Assembly (NCBI GenBank): GCA_965658725.1
Contig: CBFHUI010000001.1
Location: 16,567 to 80,566 of the forward strand
Source: Alphaproteobacteria bacterium
Lineage (GTDB): Bacteria; Pseudomonadota; Alphaproteobacteria; UBA7985
Direction of reading: 5' to 3'
Length of the DNA stretch: 64,000 nucleotides
Under the pieces are notes generated by a model that saw only the letters and a list, made by a program, of their open reading frames with translations, made no database searches and was not told the DNA's origin. Both the position numbers and the translations under genes were made by a program. Below, piece after piece: positions 28,103-38,115 of this stretch. The stretch's first letter is position 1. Each line of letters starts with the position of its first letter.

Positions 28103-29476
28103 TCAGCTTGGGGTGCGCATGGTCACGAGTTCTTCAGCGCTGGTGGGGTGAATGCCAACGGTGGCGTCGAAGTCAGCCTTCTTCGCCCCCATCTTCATCG
28201 CCACGGCAAAGCCCTGCATCATCTCCGCCGAATCCCGTCCGACGATGTGCATGCCAAGCACCCGATCGGTTGTGCGATCGACGACCAGTTTCATAAAGCT
28301 CCGCCCCGGATTGCCCGACAGTGTGTTGCGCATGGGTCGGAACGAGGAGCGGTAGGTCTCGACATCCGCCCCCTGCGCCCGTGCCTCTTCCTCAGTCAGA
28401 CCGCAGGTCGCGATTTCGGGGTTGGAGAACACTGCCGTTGCGATGGTGCTGTGGTCCATGCGGGTCGGCGTATTCTGGAACACCGTCTTCACAAAGGCCA
28501 TGGCTTCATGCAGGGCAACGGGTGTGAGTTGGACACGATCGGTGACGTCACCGACGGCATAAATGTTGGGGACTGAGGTCTGACCCAGCTCATCGACAAC
28601 CACTGCACCGCGCTCGTTCAGCGCGATCTGGCCGTCTAGGCAGAGGTCTGCGGGCGTGTTCGGCGAACGGCCCGTAGCAAACAGCGCCTGATCCACCGAC
28701 AGGACCTCCCGGTCGCTCAGCGTCACACGCAAGGCGCCATCCGCGCCCTCGCGGCTCATCTCGGTAATCGACTGACCCATATGCAGGTGCAGGTTCTTGT
28801 GGTGCTCCAACTGCTCGAAGAAGAACTGACGCACGTCGCCGTCAAAGCCCCTCAGTGGCTTGTCACCGCGATAGACCAAGTGCGTTTCCGCTCCCAGCCC
28901 GGCAAAGATCGAGGCAAACTCAACAGCAATGTAACCGCCGCCATAGACCACCACCCGCTCAGGCAGAGCGTCCAAGTGGAAGGCTTCATTAGAGGTGATG
29001 GCGAGGTCTGCGCCGGGGATGTTCGGGACCGTCGGGTGGCCGCCGGTGGCAAGTAGGATTTTGTCCGCCGTCACCGTCCGCTCATCACCGCTATCGTTGT
29101 CCCGCAGGACGATGGTGTGTGGATCAGCGAGGTGCGCGCGCGCCTTGAAGGCTTCGACACCGGCGTTTTTCAGGGTGTTCTGATAGGCGTTTTCGAGGCG
29201 CTGGATCTCTTTGTCTTTGGCTTCAATCAACCGTTCCCAGCTGAAGCCCGCCACGGAGGCGTCGTAGCCATAGCCTGCCAGATCGGCGACGTCCTCAAAC
29301 CCGTGCGCGGCGTAGGACAGCAGCTTTTTCGGCACACAGCCCCGAATGACGCAAGTGCCGCCCATGCGGTATTCCTCGGCCAGACCAACCTTGAACCCCA
29401 GCGGGCCGGTGAACCGCGCCGCTCGAACCCCGCCGGAACCGCCACCGATGACAAACAAATCATAGTCGTAAGCCAT
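28103..29476 (-). CDS. gor: glutathione-disulfide reductase (pyridine nucleotide-disulfide oxidoreductase class I)
   Basis: N-terminus MAYDYDLFVIGGGSGGV (FAD fold). Redox-active disulfide GGTCVIRGCVPKK. C-terminal dimerisation domain. The ORF track extends a further 879 nt upstream but overlaps the divergent SRAP gene, so the start is set at the ATG at 29476. Confidence 0.85.
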   Translation of the reverse strand: MAYDYDLFVIGGGSGGVRAARFTGPLGFKVGLAEEYRMGGTCVIRGCVPKKLLSYAAHGFEDVADLAGYGYDASVAGFSWERLIEAKDKEIQRLENAYQNTLKNAGVEAFKARAHLADPHTIVLRDNDSGDERTVTADKILLATGGHPTVPNIPGADLAITSNEAFHLDALPERVVVYGGGYIAVEFASIFAGLGAETHLVYRGDKPLRGFDGDVRQFFFEQLEHHKNLHLHMGQSITEMSREGADGALRVTLSDREVLSVDQALFATGRSPNTPADLCLDGQIALNERGAVVVDELGQTSVPNIYAVGDVTDRVQLTPVALHEAMAFVKTVFQNTPTRMDHSTIATAVFSNPEIATCGLTEEEARAQGADVETYRSSFRPMRNTLSGNPGRSFMKLVVDRTTDRVLGMHIVGRDSAEMMQGFAVAMKMGAKKADFDATVGIHPTSAEELVTMRTPS

Positions 29477-29593
29477 AATTGCCAACCCTTTCGGACACCT
29501 TTTCCCTGTGCAGGTGCTACACTTGTGCATGAGACGGGCAAGTTTAAACCGCCCTCTGTTCTGACGTGACTCCCAATTGCGAGGTTCTGCCCC

Positions 29594-30370
29594 GTGTGTG
29601 GCCGCTATCACATCACCCGACCGCTTGAGGCCGTGGCCGAGGTTTTCGACGCCATCATCCCGGACGAAATCCGCGACGCGGCCGCCGACCAACTGCCGCG
29701 CTACAACATCGCGCCGACGCAAATGGTGCCGATCATTCGGATCGAGGTAGAAGGCCCGAACCGCGGTGCGCGGATCTTGGACTTTGCGCACTGGGGCCTG
29801 GTGCCCTCTTGGGCCAAGGATACGTCTATGGCAGCGCGGATGATCAACGCGCGGGTGGAAACGGTGGCGGAGAAACCTTCTTACCGGGGTGCTTTTCGTC
29901 ACCGCCGGTGCCTGATCCCCACGTGCGGTTTCTATGAATGGAAGACGGTCAAGCCAGAGGCTGAAAAAGCCTACAAGCAACCGTATCGCGTGCACTTCAG
30001 CGATCAGCGGATGATGGTCACGGCGGGGCTGTTCGAAGTCTGGCAGGACGCCGATGGGAGTGCGCTTGGCACGTGCTCCATGCTCACCACCGCAGCCAGC
30101 CCGGCCATGAGCCCTTTGCATCCGCGCATGCCGGTGGTTCTGGATACGGAGGACGAGTGGGACGCCTGGCTGGCACCACGCGCAGAGCCTGAATTGCTGC
30201 TGTCCCTGTGTCAGTCTTACGATGGGGCAGATTTCGCCTATCACGCCGTTGATCGGGCTGTGGGACAGGTGCGAAATGAAACGCCGACCCTGCTGCATGC
30301 AATAGACGAGACACCTGCACCAAATTTGCAAGCGCCGACCGCAGATCCGTCGCAAGGAAATTTATTCTGA
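29594..30370 (+). CDS. yedK: SOS response-associated peptidase (SRAP/YedK, abasic-site DNA-protein crosslink enzyme)
   Basis: MCGRY N-terminus (catalytic Cys2) and a conserved SRAP core (NIAPTQ..., HWGLVPSW, NARVET, CLIPTCGFYEW). Confidence 0.8.
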   Translation: MCGRYHITRPLEAVAEVFDAIIPDEIRDAAADQLPRYNIAPTQMVPIIRIEVEGPNRGARILDFAHWGLVPSWAKDTSMAARMINARVETVAEKPSYRGAFRHRRCLIPTCGFYEWKTVKPEAEKAYKQPYRVHFSDQRMMVTAGLFEVWQDADGSALGTCSMLTTAASPAMSPLHPRMPVVLDTEDEWDAWLAPRAEPELLLSLCQSYDGADFAYHAVDRAVGQVRNETPTLLHAIDETPAPNLQAPTADPSQGNLF

Positions 30371-30442
30371 ATTGTATTCTTTATTCCTCAGTTCAGCAGG
30401 CTTAAGAAGCAGTGACACCTGTAGCGAAGACATCGTTCGACC

Positions 30443-31804
30443 ATGACCTTTGAACACCCTCTGAACATCGTCATCCTTGCCGCTGGCAAAGGCACGCGGA
30501 TGAAGTCTGCGACCCCGAAAGTCCTGCATGCCGCTGCCGGTCAGTCACTGGTGGAGTGGGTGTTGGCAGCGGCAGAGGCGCTGTCGCCCGCGCACCTGCA
30601 TTTGGTGATTGGACCAGAATCGGAGGCGATGCTCGATACCCTGCCTTGGGCCAGCCGTCACAGCGTCACCGTCCAGCGCGAGCGCAAAGGCACGGGCCAC
30701 GCGGTCATACAGGCGGAGGCTACGCTGTCTGGCGCGCCGGGCTACACGCTGGTGCTCTACGCAGACACGCCACTGGTCACCGCTGACGCGCTCTCGCAAT
30801 TCGTCGTCGGCGCCATGGCAGATCGCGCTGACGTGGCGCTGAGCGTGTTCGAGGCCCACAATCCCGGCGGCTATGGCCGCGTTCTGCTGGACGAAGAAGG
30901 CCGCCCGGAGCAGATCGTCGAGGCCAAGGACGCAACGCCTGAGCAATTGGCCGTCACCCTGTGCAATGGCGGCCTGATGCTCGCGCGCAATGACGTGCTC
31001 TTTAACCTGTTGGCCCTCACCACAGACAAAAATGCGTCAGGCGAGTTCTACATCACAGATATTGTTGGCCTTGCGCGGACCCGTGGGCTTCGCACGTCAG
31101 CGACCCTGTTTGACCCCAACCTTCTGGCCGGAGTGAACAGCCGCGCAGAGCTTGCGGCAGTGGAAGCCGTTCTACAGAGCCGCTTGCGGGGGGAGATGAT
31201 GGCACAGGGCGTGACCATGATCGCTCCAGACACGGTCACACTTTGCCACGACACCGTTGTCGGCGCGGATACGGTGATCGAACCCAACGTTTTCTTTGGC
31301 CCCGGCGTGACGGTTGGCCAAGGGTGCCGCCTGCGGGCGGGCTCCTACTTCGAAGGCGCGACGATTGGCGACGACGCCATCATTGGGCCCATGGCCCGCC
31401 TGCGCGAAGGCACGGTGCTGAGCGATACGGTCAAAGTCGGCAACTTCGTTGAAATCAAAAAGGCGCATCTGGCCAAGGGCGCAAAGGCCCCGCACCTGAC
31501 GTACGTGGGTGATGCGGAGGTGGGCGAGAAAGCCAACCTCGGGGCTGGGACGATTACCTGCAACTACGACGGCGTAAACAAGCACCGGACCGTGATCGGC
31601 AAAGGGGCCTTTATCGGCTCAAACGCTGCGCTGGTTGCCCCGGTTACTATCGGTGACGGCGCGCTGGTGGGCGCAGGTTCGACCATCACTGAAGACGTTC
31701 CCGCCGATGCCATCGTCACAACGCGCGGGACGCGCAAGGTCAAGGAAAGCGCGGCCCAGCGCTACCGCGACCGCCTGCTCGCCATCAAAGCCCGCAAGGG
31801 CTGA
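30443..31804 (+). CDS. glmU: bifunctional UDP-N-acetylglucosamine pyrophosphorylase / glucosamine-1-phosphate N-acetyltransferase
   Basis: N-terminal LAAGKGTRMKS nucleotidyltransferase motif and C-terminal left-handed beta-helix hexapeptide repeats. Confidence 0.9.
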   Translation: MTFEHPLNIVILAAGKGTRMKSATPKVLHAAAGQSLVEWVLAAAEALSPAHLHLVIGPESEAMLDTLPWASRHSVTVQRERKGTGHAVIQAEATLSGAPGYTLVLYADTPLVTADALSQFVVGAMADRADVALSVFEAHNPGGYGRVLLDEEGRPEQIVEAKDATPEQLAVTLCNGGLMLARNDVLFNLLALTTDKNASGEFYITDIVGLARTRGLRTSATLFDPNLLAGVNSRAELAAVEAVLQSRLRGEMMAQGVTMIAPDTVTLCHDTVVGADTVIEPNVFFGPGVTVGQGCRLRAGSYFEGATIGDDAIIGPMARLREGTVLSDTVKVGNFVEIKKAHLAKGAKAPHLTYVGDAEVGEKANLGAGTITCNYDGVNKHRTVIGKGAFIGSNAALVAPVTIGDGALVGAGSTITEDVPADAIVTTRGTRKVKESAAQRYRDRLLAIKARKG

Positions 31805-31863
31805 CCCGCTGAACTGAAGCCACCACCAACGCCTCTCCCAATAGCAACCAAGGACAGAGTCTC

Positions 31864-33687
31864 ATGTGCGGTATCATCGGAATTCTGGGAAGCGACGGCG
31901 TTGCAGAAGACCTTGTGGACGGCCTCAAGCGGCTCGAATACCGGGGCTATGACAGTGCCGGGATCGCCACTCTGGTCGGTGAGAGCATCGAACGGCGTCG
32001 GGCTGAAGGCAAGCTGAAGAACCTCGCCGCTGCCGTTCGAACCACCCCCATCAGCGGTCGCACCGGCATCGGTCATACCCGCTGGGCCACCCATGGCGTG
32101 CCGAACGTTACCAACGCGCACCCTCACTCGGACGGCCAAGTGGCCATCGTCCATAACGGGATCATCGAGAACTTCGACGCCCTTCGGGAAGAGCTCCGTG
32201 GCAGGGGGGTTGAGTTCTCCTCTGACACTGACACAGAAACCATCGTCCACCTGATCTCCGCCGCCATGAGCGATGGGCTGGAGCCGGTTGCAGCCGTGCA
32301 ATCGGTGATCGGGCGACTGCAGGGTGCGTTCGCGCTGGCCATCGTCTTTGCCGGGCATGACGACCTGATGATCGGCGCGCGCAAGGGCTCTCCGCTGGCG
32401 ATCGGTTATGGTAACGGGGAGATGTATCTGGGATCCGACGCCATCGCGCTCGCGCCGCTGACCTCTACGCTGAGCTACATCGAAGACGGCGATTGGTGCG
32501 TTTTGACCCGCGCCGGTGCGACAGTCTACGACGCCAGCAATCAGGAAGTTCAGCGCCCCATCGTGAAAAGCCAGTTGACCGGCGCTCTGATCGGCAAGGG
32601 CAACTATCACCACTTCATGCAGAAGGAAATCCACGAGCAACCAACGGTCGTGGGCGATACCCTTCACGCGCATTTCAACGCCGTGGAAAAGCGCATTCAC
32701 TTCCCCCAGCTCGACATCGATTTCAAGGCGCTCGAGCGACTGACGATTACCGCCTGCGGTACAGCCTTTTTTGCCGGGTTCACCGCGAAATACTGGATGG
32801 AGTCGCTCGCCCGCATCCCGGTCGAGCTGGATATCGCCTCTGAATTCCGGTACCGCGAAGCGCCCATGCCCAAGAACGGCGCGACCATTGTGCTGTCGCA
32901 GTCGGGGGAGACGATCGACACGCTCGAAGCCCTCCGCTACTCGCAGAGTCAGGACACCCCCGTCCTCGCCATCGTCAACGTCGCAGAGAGCGCGATTGCG
33001 CGCGAGTCAGAAGCGGTGCTGCAGACCCTTGCCGGTCCAGAAATCGGCGTGGCTTCGACCAAGGCATTTACGACGCAGCTCACCGTGCTCGCGGGACTGG
33101 CGCTCTGGGCTGGGCGGCAACGCGGCACTATTGATGCGGCGACCGAGGCCCGGCTGGGTCAGGCGCTGGTTCAGGTGCCCGCATTGATGGCCGACGTTCT
33201 CAACCACGACGACAAGATCAAAGAAATCGCCGCAACCATCGCTGAAGCCCGCGACGTGCTCTACCTTGGTCGTGGGTCTATGTTCCCCTTGGCTATGGAA
33301 GGCGCGCTGAAGCTCAAGGAAATCTCCTACATCCATGCTGAAGGCTATGCTGCCGGAGAGATGAAGCATGGCCCGATCGCACTGATCGACGACGACGTCC
33401 CGGTTGTGGTTTGTGCGCCCTCGGGGCCGCTGCTGGAAAAGACCGCATCGAACGTGGAACAGGTTGCTGCCCGCGGCGGGCGTTTGATCCTGATCACCGA
33501 CCAGATCGGCGCGGACCGCCTGGGCGGGGTGGCGGAAGACGTCATCGTCATGCCCACGGTAGACACCTTCGTCGCACCCCTGCTCTACGCCCTGCCCATA
33601 CAGCTGCTCGCCTACCACACAGCGGTTCACAAGGGCACGGATGTGGATCAACCGCGCAACCTCGCCAAATCAGTCACCGTGGAATAG
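31864..33687 (+). CDS. glmS: glutamine--fructose-6-phosphate aminotransferase
   Basis: MCGIIG N-terminal nucleophile and two SIS domains. Ends ...SVTVE. Confidence 0.93.
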   Translation: MCGIIGILGSDGVAEDLVDGLKRLEYRGYDSAGIATLVGESIERRRAEGKLKNLAAAVRTTPISGRTGIGHTRWATHGVPNVTNAHPHSDGQVAIVHNGIIENFDALREELRGRGVEFSSDTDTETIVHLISAAMSDGLEPVAAVQSVIGRLQGAFALAIVFAGHDDLMIGARKGSPLAIGYGNGEMYLGSDAIALAPLTSTLSYIEDGDWCVLTRAGATVYDASNQEVQRPIVKSQLTGALIGKGNYHHFMQKEIHEQPTVVGDTLHAHFNAVEKRIHFPQLDIDFKALERLTITACGTAFFAGFTAKYWMESLARIPVELDIASEFRYREAPMPKNGATIVLSQSGETIDTLEALRYSQSQDTPVLAIVNVAESAIARESEAVLQTLAGPEIGVASTKAFTTQLTVLAGLALWAGRQRGTIDAATEARLGQALVQVPALMADVLNHDDKIKEIAATIAEARDVLYLGRGSMFPLAMEGALKLKEISYIHAEGYAAGEMKHGPIALIDDDVPVVVCAPSGPLLEKTASNVEQVAARGGRLILITDQIGADRLGGVAEDVIVMPTVDTFVAPLLYALPIQLLAYHTAVHKGTDVDQPRNLAKSVTVE

Positions 33688-33776
33688 AGCCCCAGCCCCT
33701 CTCCGCGCCCCTACCCCTTCTTTCTGGGAGGGGGTAAAAGCCTAGTCCTGCCGTTCATTCAACGAGGATTCTGGCC

Positions 33777-34730
33777 GTGCTGCTGCCCGAAAGCCCGGAA
33801 AGCTTTGCCCAAGCCGCCGCTCTGCTCCAGCAGGGGCGACAGGTGGCGTTTGCCACCGAGACCGTCTACGGCCTGGGCGCAGATGCGACGCAGGGCGAAG
33901 CGGTGGCGGGCATTTATGCCATCAAGGGACGGCCCAACTTCAACCCACTCATCGCTCATTTCGCCAGCGCCGAAGCCGCGTTTGCGGTAGTGCAGGCAAA
34001 TGACCGGGCCAAGCGGTTGGCAGAGGCGTTTTGGCCCGGCCCACTCACGCTGGTCCTACCCCGCGCTGACACTTGCCCAATCTCCCACCTCGCGAGCGCG
34101 GGGCTGAGCACGCAAGCGGTGCGGGTGCCGCAGGTGTCTGCGGGCTTGCGTGGCGTGCTGAGCGGCTTCACCGGCGGCATCGTTGCGCCCAGCGCCAACC
34201 CCTCAGCCCGACTCTCACCCACAACAGCCCAGCACGTCCTAGACGGCCTTGGCGAACGAGTGCCACTGGTGCTCGACGGTGGGCCTTGCACGGCTGGCGT
34301 GGAAAGTGCCGTTGTCGATCTCAGCGGTGAGATGCCCAAGCTGCTCCGCCATGGCGCACTCTCGAAGGCCGACATTGAAGCCGTGCTGGGCGAGCCATTG
34401 ATGCTAGATGTGGACCCGGCGGTCAAAACATCGCCGGGGCAGATGGAAGTCCACTACGCCCCGAGCAAAGCACTGATCCTCGACGCCCGCTCTGCTGCGC
34501 CGGATGAGGCGGCGCTGGTTCTCAACGACGCCAGCGGATTTGAAGACGCCTGCACGCTGGAACGGCTGAGCCCCAACGGCTCGGATGTCGAGGCCGCTGC
34601 CAACCTGTTCGCCGCGCTGCACCGACTTGACGCCAGTTCGGCGCGGTCTATCGTGGTCGCGAAACTGCCTGAACACGGGCTGTGGGCGGCGATCAACGAC
34701 CGCCTTAACCGTGCTGCTCGCAGGCAATGA
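33777..34730 (+). CDS. tsaC: L-threonylcarbamoyladenylate synthase (Sua5/YwlC/TsaC type, with C-terminal Sua5 domain)
   Basis: YrdC-domain motifs (VAFATETVYGLGADATQ, IYAIKGRPNFNPLIAHF). 317 aa. Confidence 0.8.
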   Translation: MLLPESPESFAQAAALLQQGRQVAFATETVYGLGADATQGEAVAGIYAIKGRPNFNPLIAHFASAEAAFAVVQANDRAKRLAEAFWPGPLTLVLPRADTCPISHLASAGLSTQAVRVPQVSAGLRGVLSGFTGGIVAPSANPSARLSPTTAQHVLDGLGERVPLVLDGGPCTAGVESAVVDLSGEMPKLLRHGALSKADIEAVLGEPLMLDVDPAVKTSPGQMEVHYAPSKALILDARSAAPDEAALVLNDASGFEDACTLERLSPNGSDVEAAANLFAALHRLDASSARSIVVAKLPEHGLWAAINDRLNRAARRQ

Positions 34731-34737
34731 GGCGCAC

Positions 34738-36165
34738 GTGACAAACGATCCCTTTCTGTCCCATCTTGAAGCCGTCGTCGGCCTCTCTGGCTTGATTACT
34801 GACGCTGAACGGCTTGCGCCCTACACCCGCGAGTGGCGCGGAAAGTACCTGAGTGGCGCCCTCGCCGCAGTGCGACCCGCAAGCACAGAAGAAGTCTCCG
34901 CCGTCGTCCGTCTGTGCGGGGAACACGGCGTTGCCATCACACCCCAAGGCGGCAATACGGGGCTGGTCGGCGGCTCCGTCCCCGTGGACCCCAAGCGTGA
35001 AATCGTGCTCTCCCTGGACCGCATGGCTCAGGTCGAGGATGTCGATGCCGCCGGCAACACGATGCTGGTGCAAGCCGGCTGTATCCTCGCCGACGCCCAA
35101 GCCGCAGCAGAGACGGTAGACCGATTGTTTCCGCTGTCACTGGGCGCGGAAGGCACCTGCCGGATTGGCGGAAACCTGTCCACGAACGCAGGCGGCATTA
35201 ACGTCATTCGCTACGGCAACATGCGTGATCTTGTGCTTGGACTGGAAGTGGTGCTCGCCGATGGGCGTGTTTGGAACGGCCTGAATCGCTTGCGGAAGGA
35301 CAACACCGGTTACGACCTCAAACATCTGTTCATGGGCGCAGAAGGGACCTTGGGGATTATCACCCGCGCAGTGCTCAAGCTCTTTCCCCGGCCCAAGGAG
35401 CGGGTGACCGCGTGGCTTGCCTGTGAGACGCCGAGCCAGTGTCTTGAAGCGCTGAATCGCCTCCGTGCCCGGCTTGGTGACGCGGTGCTGGCAGGGGAGA
35501 TTATTCCCGCCATCGCGGTGGATCAGTGCCTCGCCCAAATCCCCGACACCCGCCCCCCTCTAACCCCTTCCCCGCCTTGGTCGCTACTGGTCGAAGTCGG
35601 CGTTTTCGATGAAGCGGACGCGGTGCGAGCGACAGTCGATCAGGTGCTCGAAGGCGCGTTGGAAGACGGTGTGCTCTACGACGGAACCGTCGCGCAAAGC
35701 CTCGACCAAGCTGCCGCCTTCTGGAAAATCCGCGAAGGCCTGCCAGAGGCCGAGGTCAAAACCGGCCCATCGATCAAGCACGATGTTTCCGTGCCAGTGA
35801 ATGCCGTGCCTGAGTTGATCGAGCGCGGTTCTGCGCTTTTGGTCGAACTCTACCCCGGCGCGCGCCCCGTGCCGTTTGGCCACTTGGGCGACGGTAATCT
35901 GCATTTCAACTTGTGCGCCCCGTCCGAAGCCATCGGCGACACGGCGGCCGAAGCAGCATTTCTGGCCGCGTGGGACCGGATCAACCAGCGCTTTCACGAT
36001 CTCGTCGCGGAGCTGGGCGGGTCTATTTCCGCAGAGCACGGTATCGGTCGGCTGAAGAAAGACGAGCTGGCGCGCACAGCTGACCCAGTGGGGCTGGACC
36101 TCATGCGGACGTTGAAAGACGCGCTGGACCCGGACGGCCTGCTGAATCCTGGCAAGATCCTCTAG
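34738..36165 (+). CDS. FAD-linked oxidase (GlcD / D-2-hydroxyacid dehydrogenase family)
   Basis: FAD-binding PCMH domain with the PQGGNTGLVGGS motif, plus a C-terminal FAD-oxidase domain. GTG start at 34738, chosen because the ORF track start (34585) overlaps tsaC. Confidence 0.72.
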   Translation: MTNDPFLSHLEAVVGLSGLITDAERLAPYTREWRGKYLSGALAAVRPASTEEVSAVVRLCGEHGVAITPQGGNTGLVGGSVPVDPKREIVLSLDRMAQVEDVDAAGNTMLVQAGCILADAQAAAETVDRLFPLSLGAEGTCRIGGNLSTNAGGINVIRYGNMRDLVLGLEVVLADGRVWNGLNRLRKDNTGYDLKHLFMGAEGTLGIITRAVLKLFPRPKERVTAWLACETPSQCLEALNRLRARLGDAVLAGEIIPAIAVDQCLAQIPDTRPPLTPSPPWSLLVEVGVFDEADAVRATVDQVLEGALEDGVLYDGTVAQSLDQAAAFWKIREGLPEAEVKTGPSIKHDVSVPVNAVPELIERGSALLVELYPGARPVPFGHLGDGNLHFNLCAPSEAIGDTAAEAAFLAAWDRINQRFHDLVAELGGSISAEHGIGRLKKDELARTADPVGLDLMRTLKDALDPDGLLNPGKIL

Positions 36166-36172
36166 CCGGTTC

Positions 36173-36901
36173 CTATTCTTCCTTTACCGCATCCTTGATC
36201 CGGCGGATCAGGGTCAGAGGATCCATAGCGTTGCTGTCGTTGCGTGCCTTGTGCGACTTCGACGGCCCGGTGAGGTGCACAGAGTAGTGAAGGTGAGTTC
36301 GGCTGCCCCAATCCACCAAGCGACCGACACTGTACCCCGCCTTGATTTCATCGCCCTTCTTGAGCGTTGGATGCGGTTGGATATGCCAAAAGGTGTGTTG
36401 CCGCTCGCCATCGGTGAGGACCAAACCGCTGTCGGTGCCGCTGTTCTTCACGTAGATCACTTCACCAGTCACCGGGGTATAGATCACCGTCCCAACGTCG
36501 GCAGCAATGTCGATGCCGGAGTGGAAGTCTCGCTTGTTGTTCAGCCGCCGCCAGCCAAAATCGGAAGTGAAAATCGCATCTTCATAGGGCGCGATCAGCG
36601 GCAGTTCTCGGCTCCACGGCTGCTGATCGAAGTCCTTTGGCACCGAAGAGGGTCGCTTCCGCGGGTTGAAGGAGGCATTGGAGTCCATCGCCTGCTCGCG
36701 CCACTCAAGCTGCATGGCCAAAGACGCCGAAATGGCCTCGCGGTCCCCGGTCACGAGATCCTTGAGACTGGATGTCGTCTTGATCAGACCGTCCGATCCA
36801 AAGCCATCAATCGAGCCGCAGCCTGAGAGACTGACGGACACGACGATGGTCGCCGCAAGACCTGAAATAAATCGAAAACCGAATGGCATAGTGGGGAGCA
36901 C
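36173..36901 (-). CDS. M23-family peptidoglycan metalloendopeptidase, lipoprotein
   Basis: Lipobox LSGCGS. Zn-ligand motifs HSGIDIAA and HLHYSVH. Convergent with the FAD oxidase at a 7-bp gap. Confidence 0.75.
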   Translation of the reverse strand: MLPTMPFGFRFISGLAATIVVSVSLSGCGSIDGFGSDGLIKTTSSLKDLVTGDREAISASLAMQLEWREQAMDSNASFNPRKRPSSVPKDFDQQPWSRELPLIAPYEDAIFTSDFGWRRLNNKRDFHSGIDIAADVGTVIYTPVTGEVIYVKNSGTDSGLVLTDGERQHTFWHIQPHPTLKKGDEIKAGYSVGRLVDWGSRTHLHYSVHLTGPSKSHKARNDSNAMDPLTLIRRIKDAVKEE

Positions 36902-36998
36902 TCGCGATATGCACTTCTTAGGAATATTCCATACCAGCCAGCAACCAGAGTGCCACCTGTAATCTGCACTGTGCTTATGCGCGTTTCAGCATGACTGC

Positions 36999-38070
36999 TC
37001 AGTCAAGCGTGTCCACATCGCTATATTGTGCCTGAACTTCGAGGTATTGCTGGAGTCCCCGGTGCTGCGGTGCAACCAGACCGGAGCGGAGAGCCGCCTC
37101 CTGATCGAGCAATCCTAATGCAGGGTGCATAGACTTGAAGAAATCAAAGTCAGAATAGGCCGCTTGCAGCAGTTCGATCACCCGCCCGTGCGGCACGTCC
37201 TCTCGTGTGACAAGGGTCACTGCCAACCCGATTGTCTCGACAGGACCGCTCAGACGATAGGCCTCAGGTGGGACAACGATGGACTCAAAAAATGGGTTTG
37301 AGTCGACCAGTACCTCGATCCCGTCACTGGCCAGCGGCACCATCCGCGCGCCGCATTCCCAGATTGCGATCTCAGCCGATGCAGATGGCATCACCGAGGG
37401 GAAAATCACGGCGTCGAGGTCGTTGCTGCACAGCCCGTCGATCTGTTTGGCAATAGACCCTTCTTCGATGTAGCCCATCTGGGAGATCCCAACCTCTGAG
37501 GCAAACAGAGCGGCTTGAGCAAGCGTCCGCTGAGAGCTACCGGCCGCGCCCAAGCCAACGCGAGCATTGGACAGGTCGCGCAGAGACTGCGCCGTTGTCC
37601 CGGAACTGAACAGGACGTGCAAGGGAAGGACGCCAAACGAGAACACTGACCGCAGGTCTTCAATCGCGTCTTCGCCCGTGTAGTCGGCTTCTCCGTTATA
37701 GGCAAAGTACTGGCGATCAGACTGCACCACGGCAAAGTCCACAAAGCGGTCGGCCATGAGCGCGAGGTTTTCCGCTGAGCCTGTTGTTGCACGAACCAGA
37801 CACGTCGGCGCATCCGGGTCTGCCTGCACGTTGTAGACCGTGCACAGCGCGCCGGCCATGGCGAAGCCCAGCCCGCTCGCCGGACCTGCAGAGACCACAA
37901 AAGCATTGCCGCCCGCACCGGGGCTTAGCGCGGGCGCGAGAGTGAGCGACGGTTGGCCAGAAAGGCTGTTTGCCGGCTCTTCATCGTTCAGCTGCGCACC
38001 CGCGGTCGGCATCAGTGCCGCGCTCAACATCATTAGAAACAGCAAGCCCAGGCTGCGCGCTGCGTTCATG
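36999..38070 (-). CDS. periplasmic solute-binding protein, TAXI-TRAP / PhnD-like fold (orphan, no adjacent permease)
   Basis: Signal peptide MNAARSLGLLFLMMLSAALMPTAGAQ. Type-II periplasmic-binding-protein-like composition with a glycine-rich SAGPASGLGF segment. Family assignment rests on weak motif resemblance only. Confidence 0.45.
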
Positions 38071-38115
38071 GTCAACGACTCCAAAGATAACCCGAGTGTT
38101 ATACGCCCAGACGGA

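Noticed and set aside
29477-30355. Upstream 879-nt extension of the gor ORF (750-aa call)
   Set aside because: Overlaps the divergent SRAP gene. GR homology and the FAD-binding N-terminus begin at the ATG at 29476.
33688-33776. Possible terminator after glmS (TACCCC...GGGGTA hairpin)
   Set aside because: Only a 6-bp stem with a 13-nt loop and no following T-tract.
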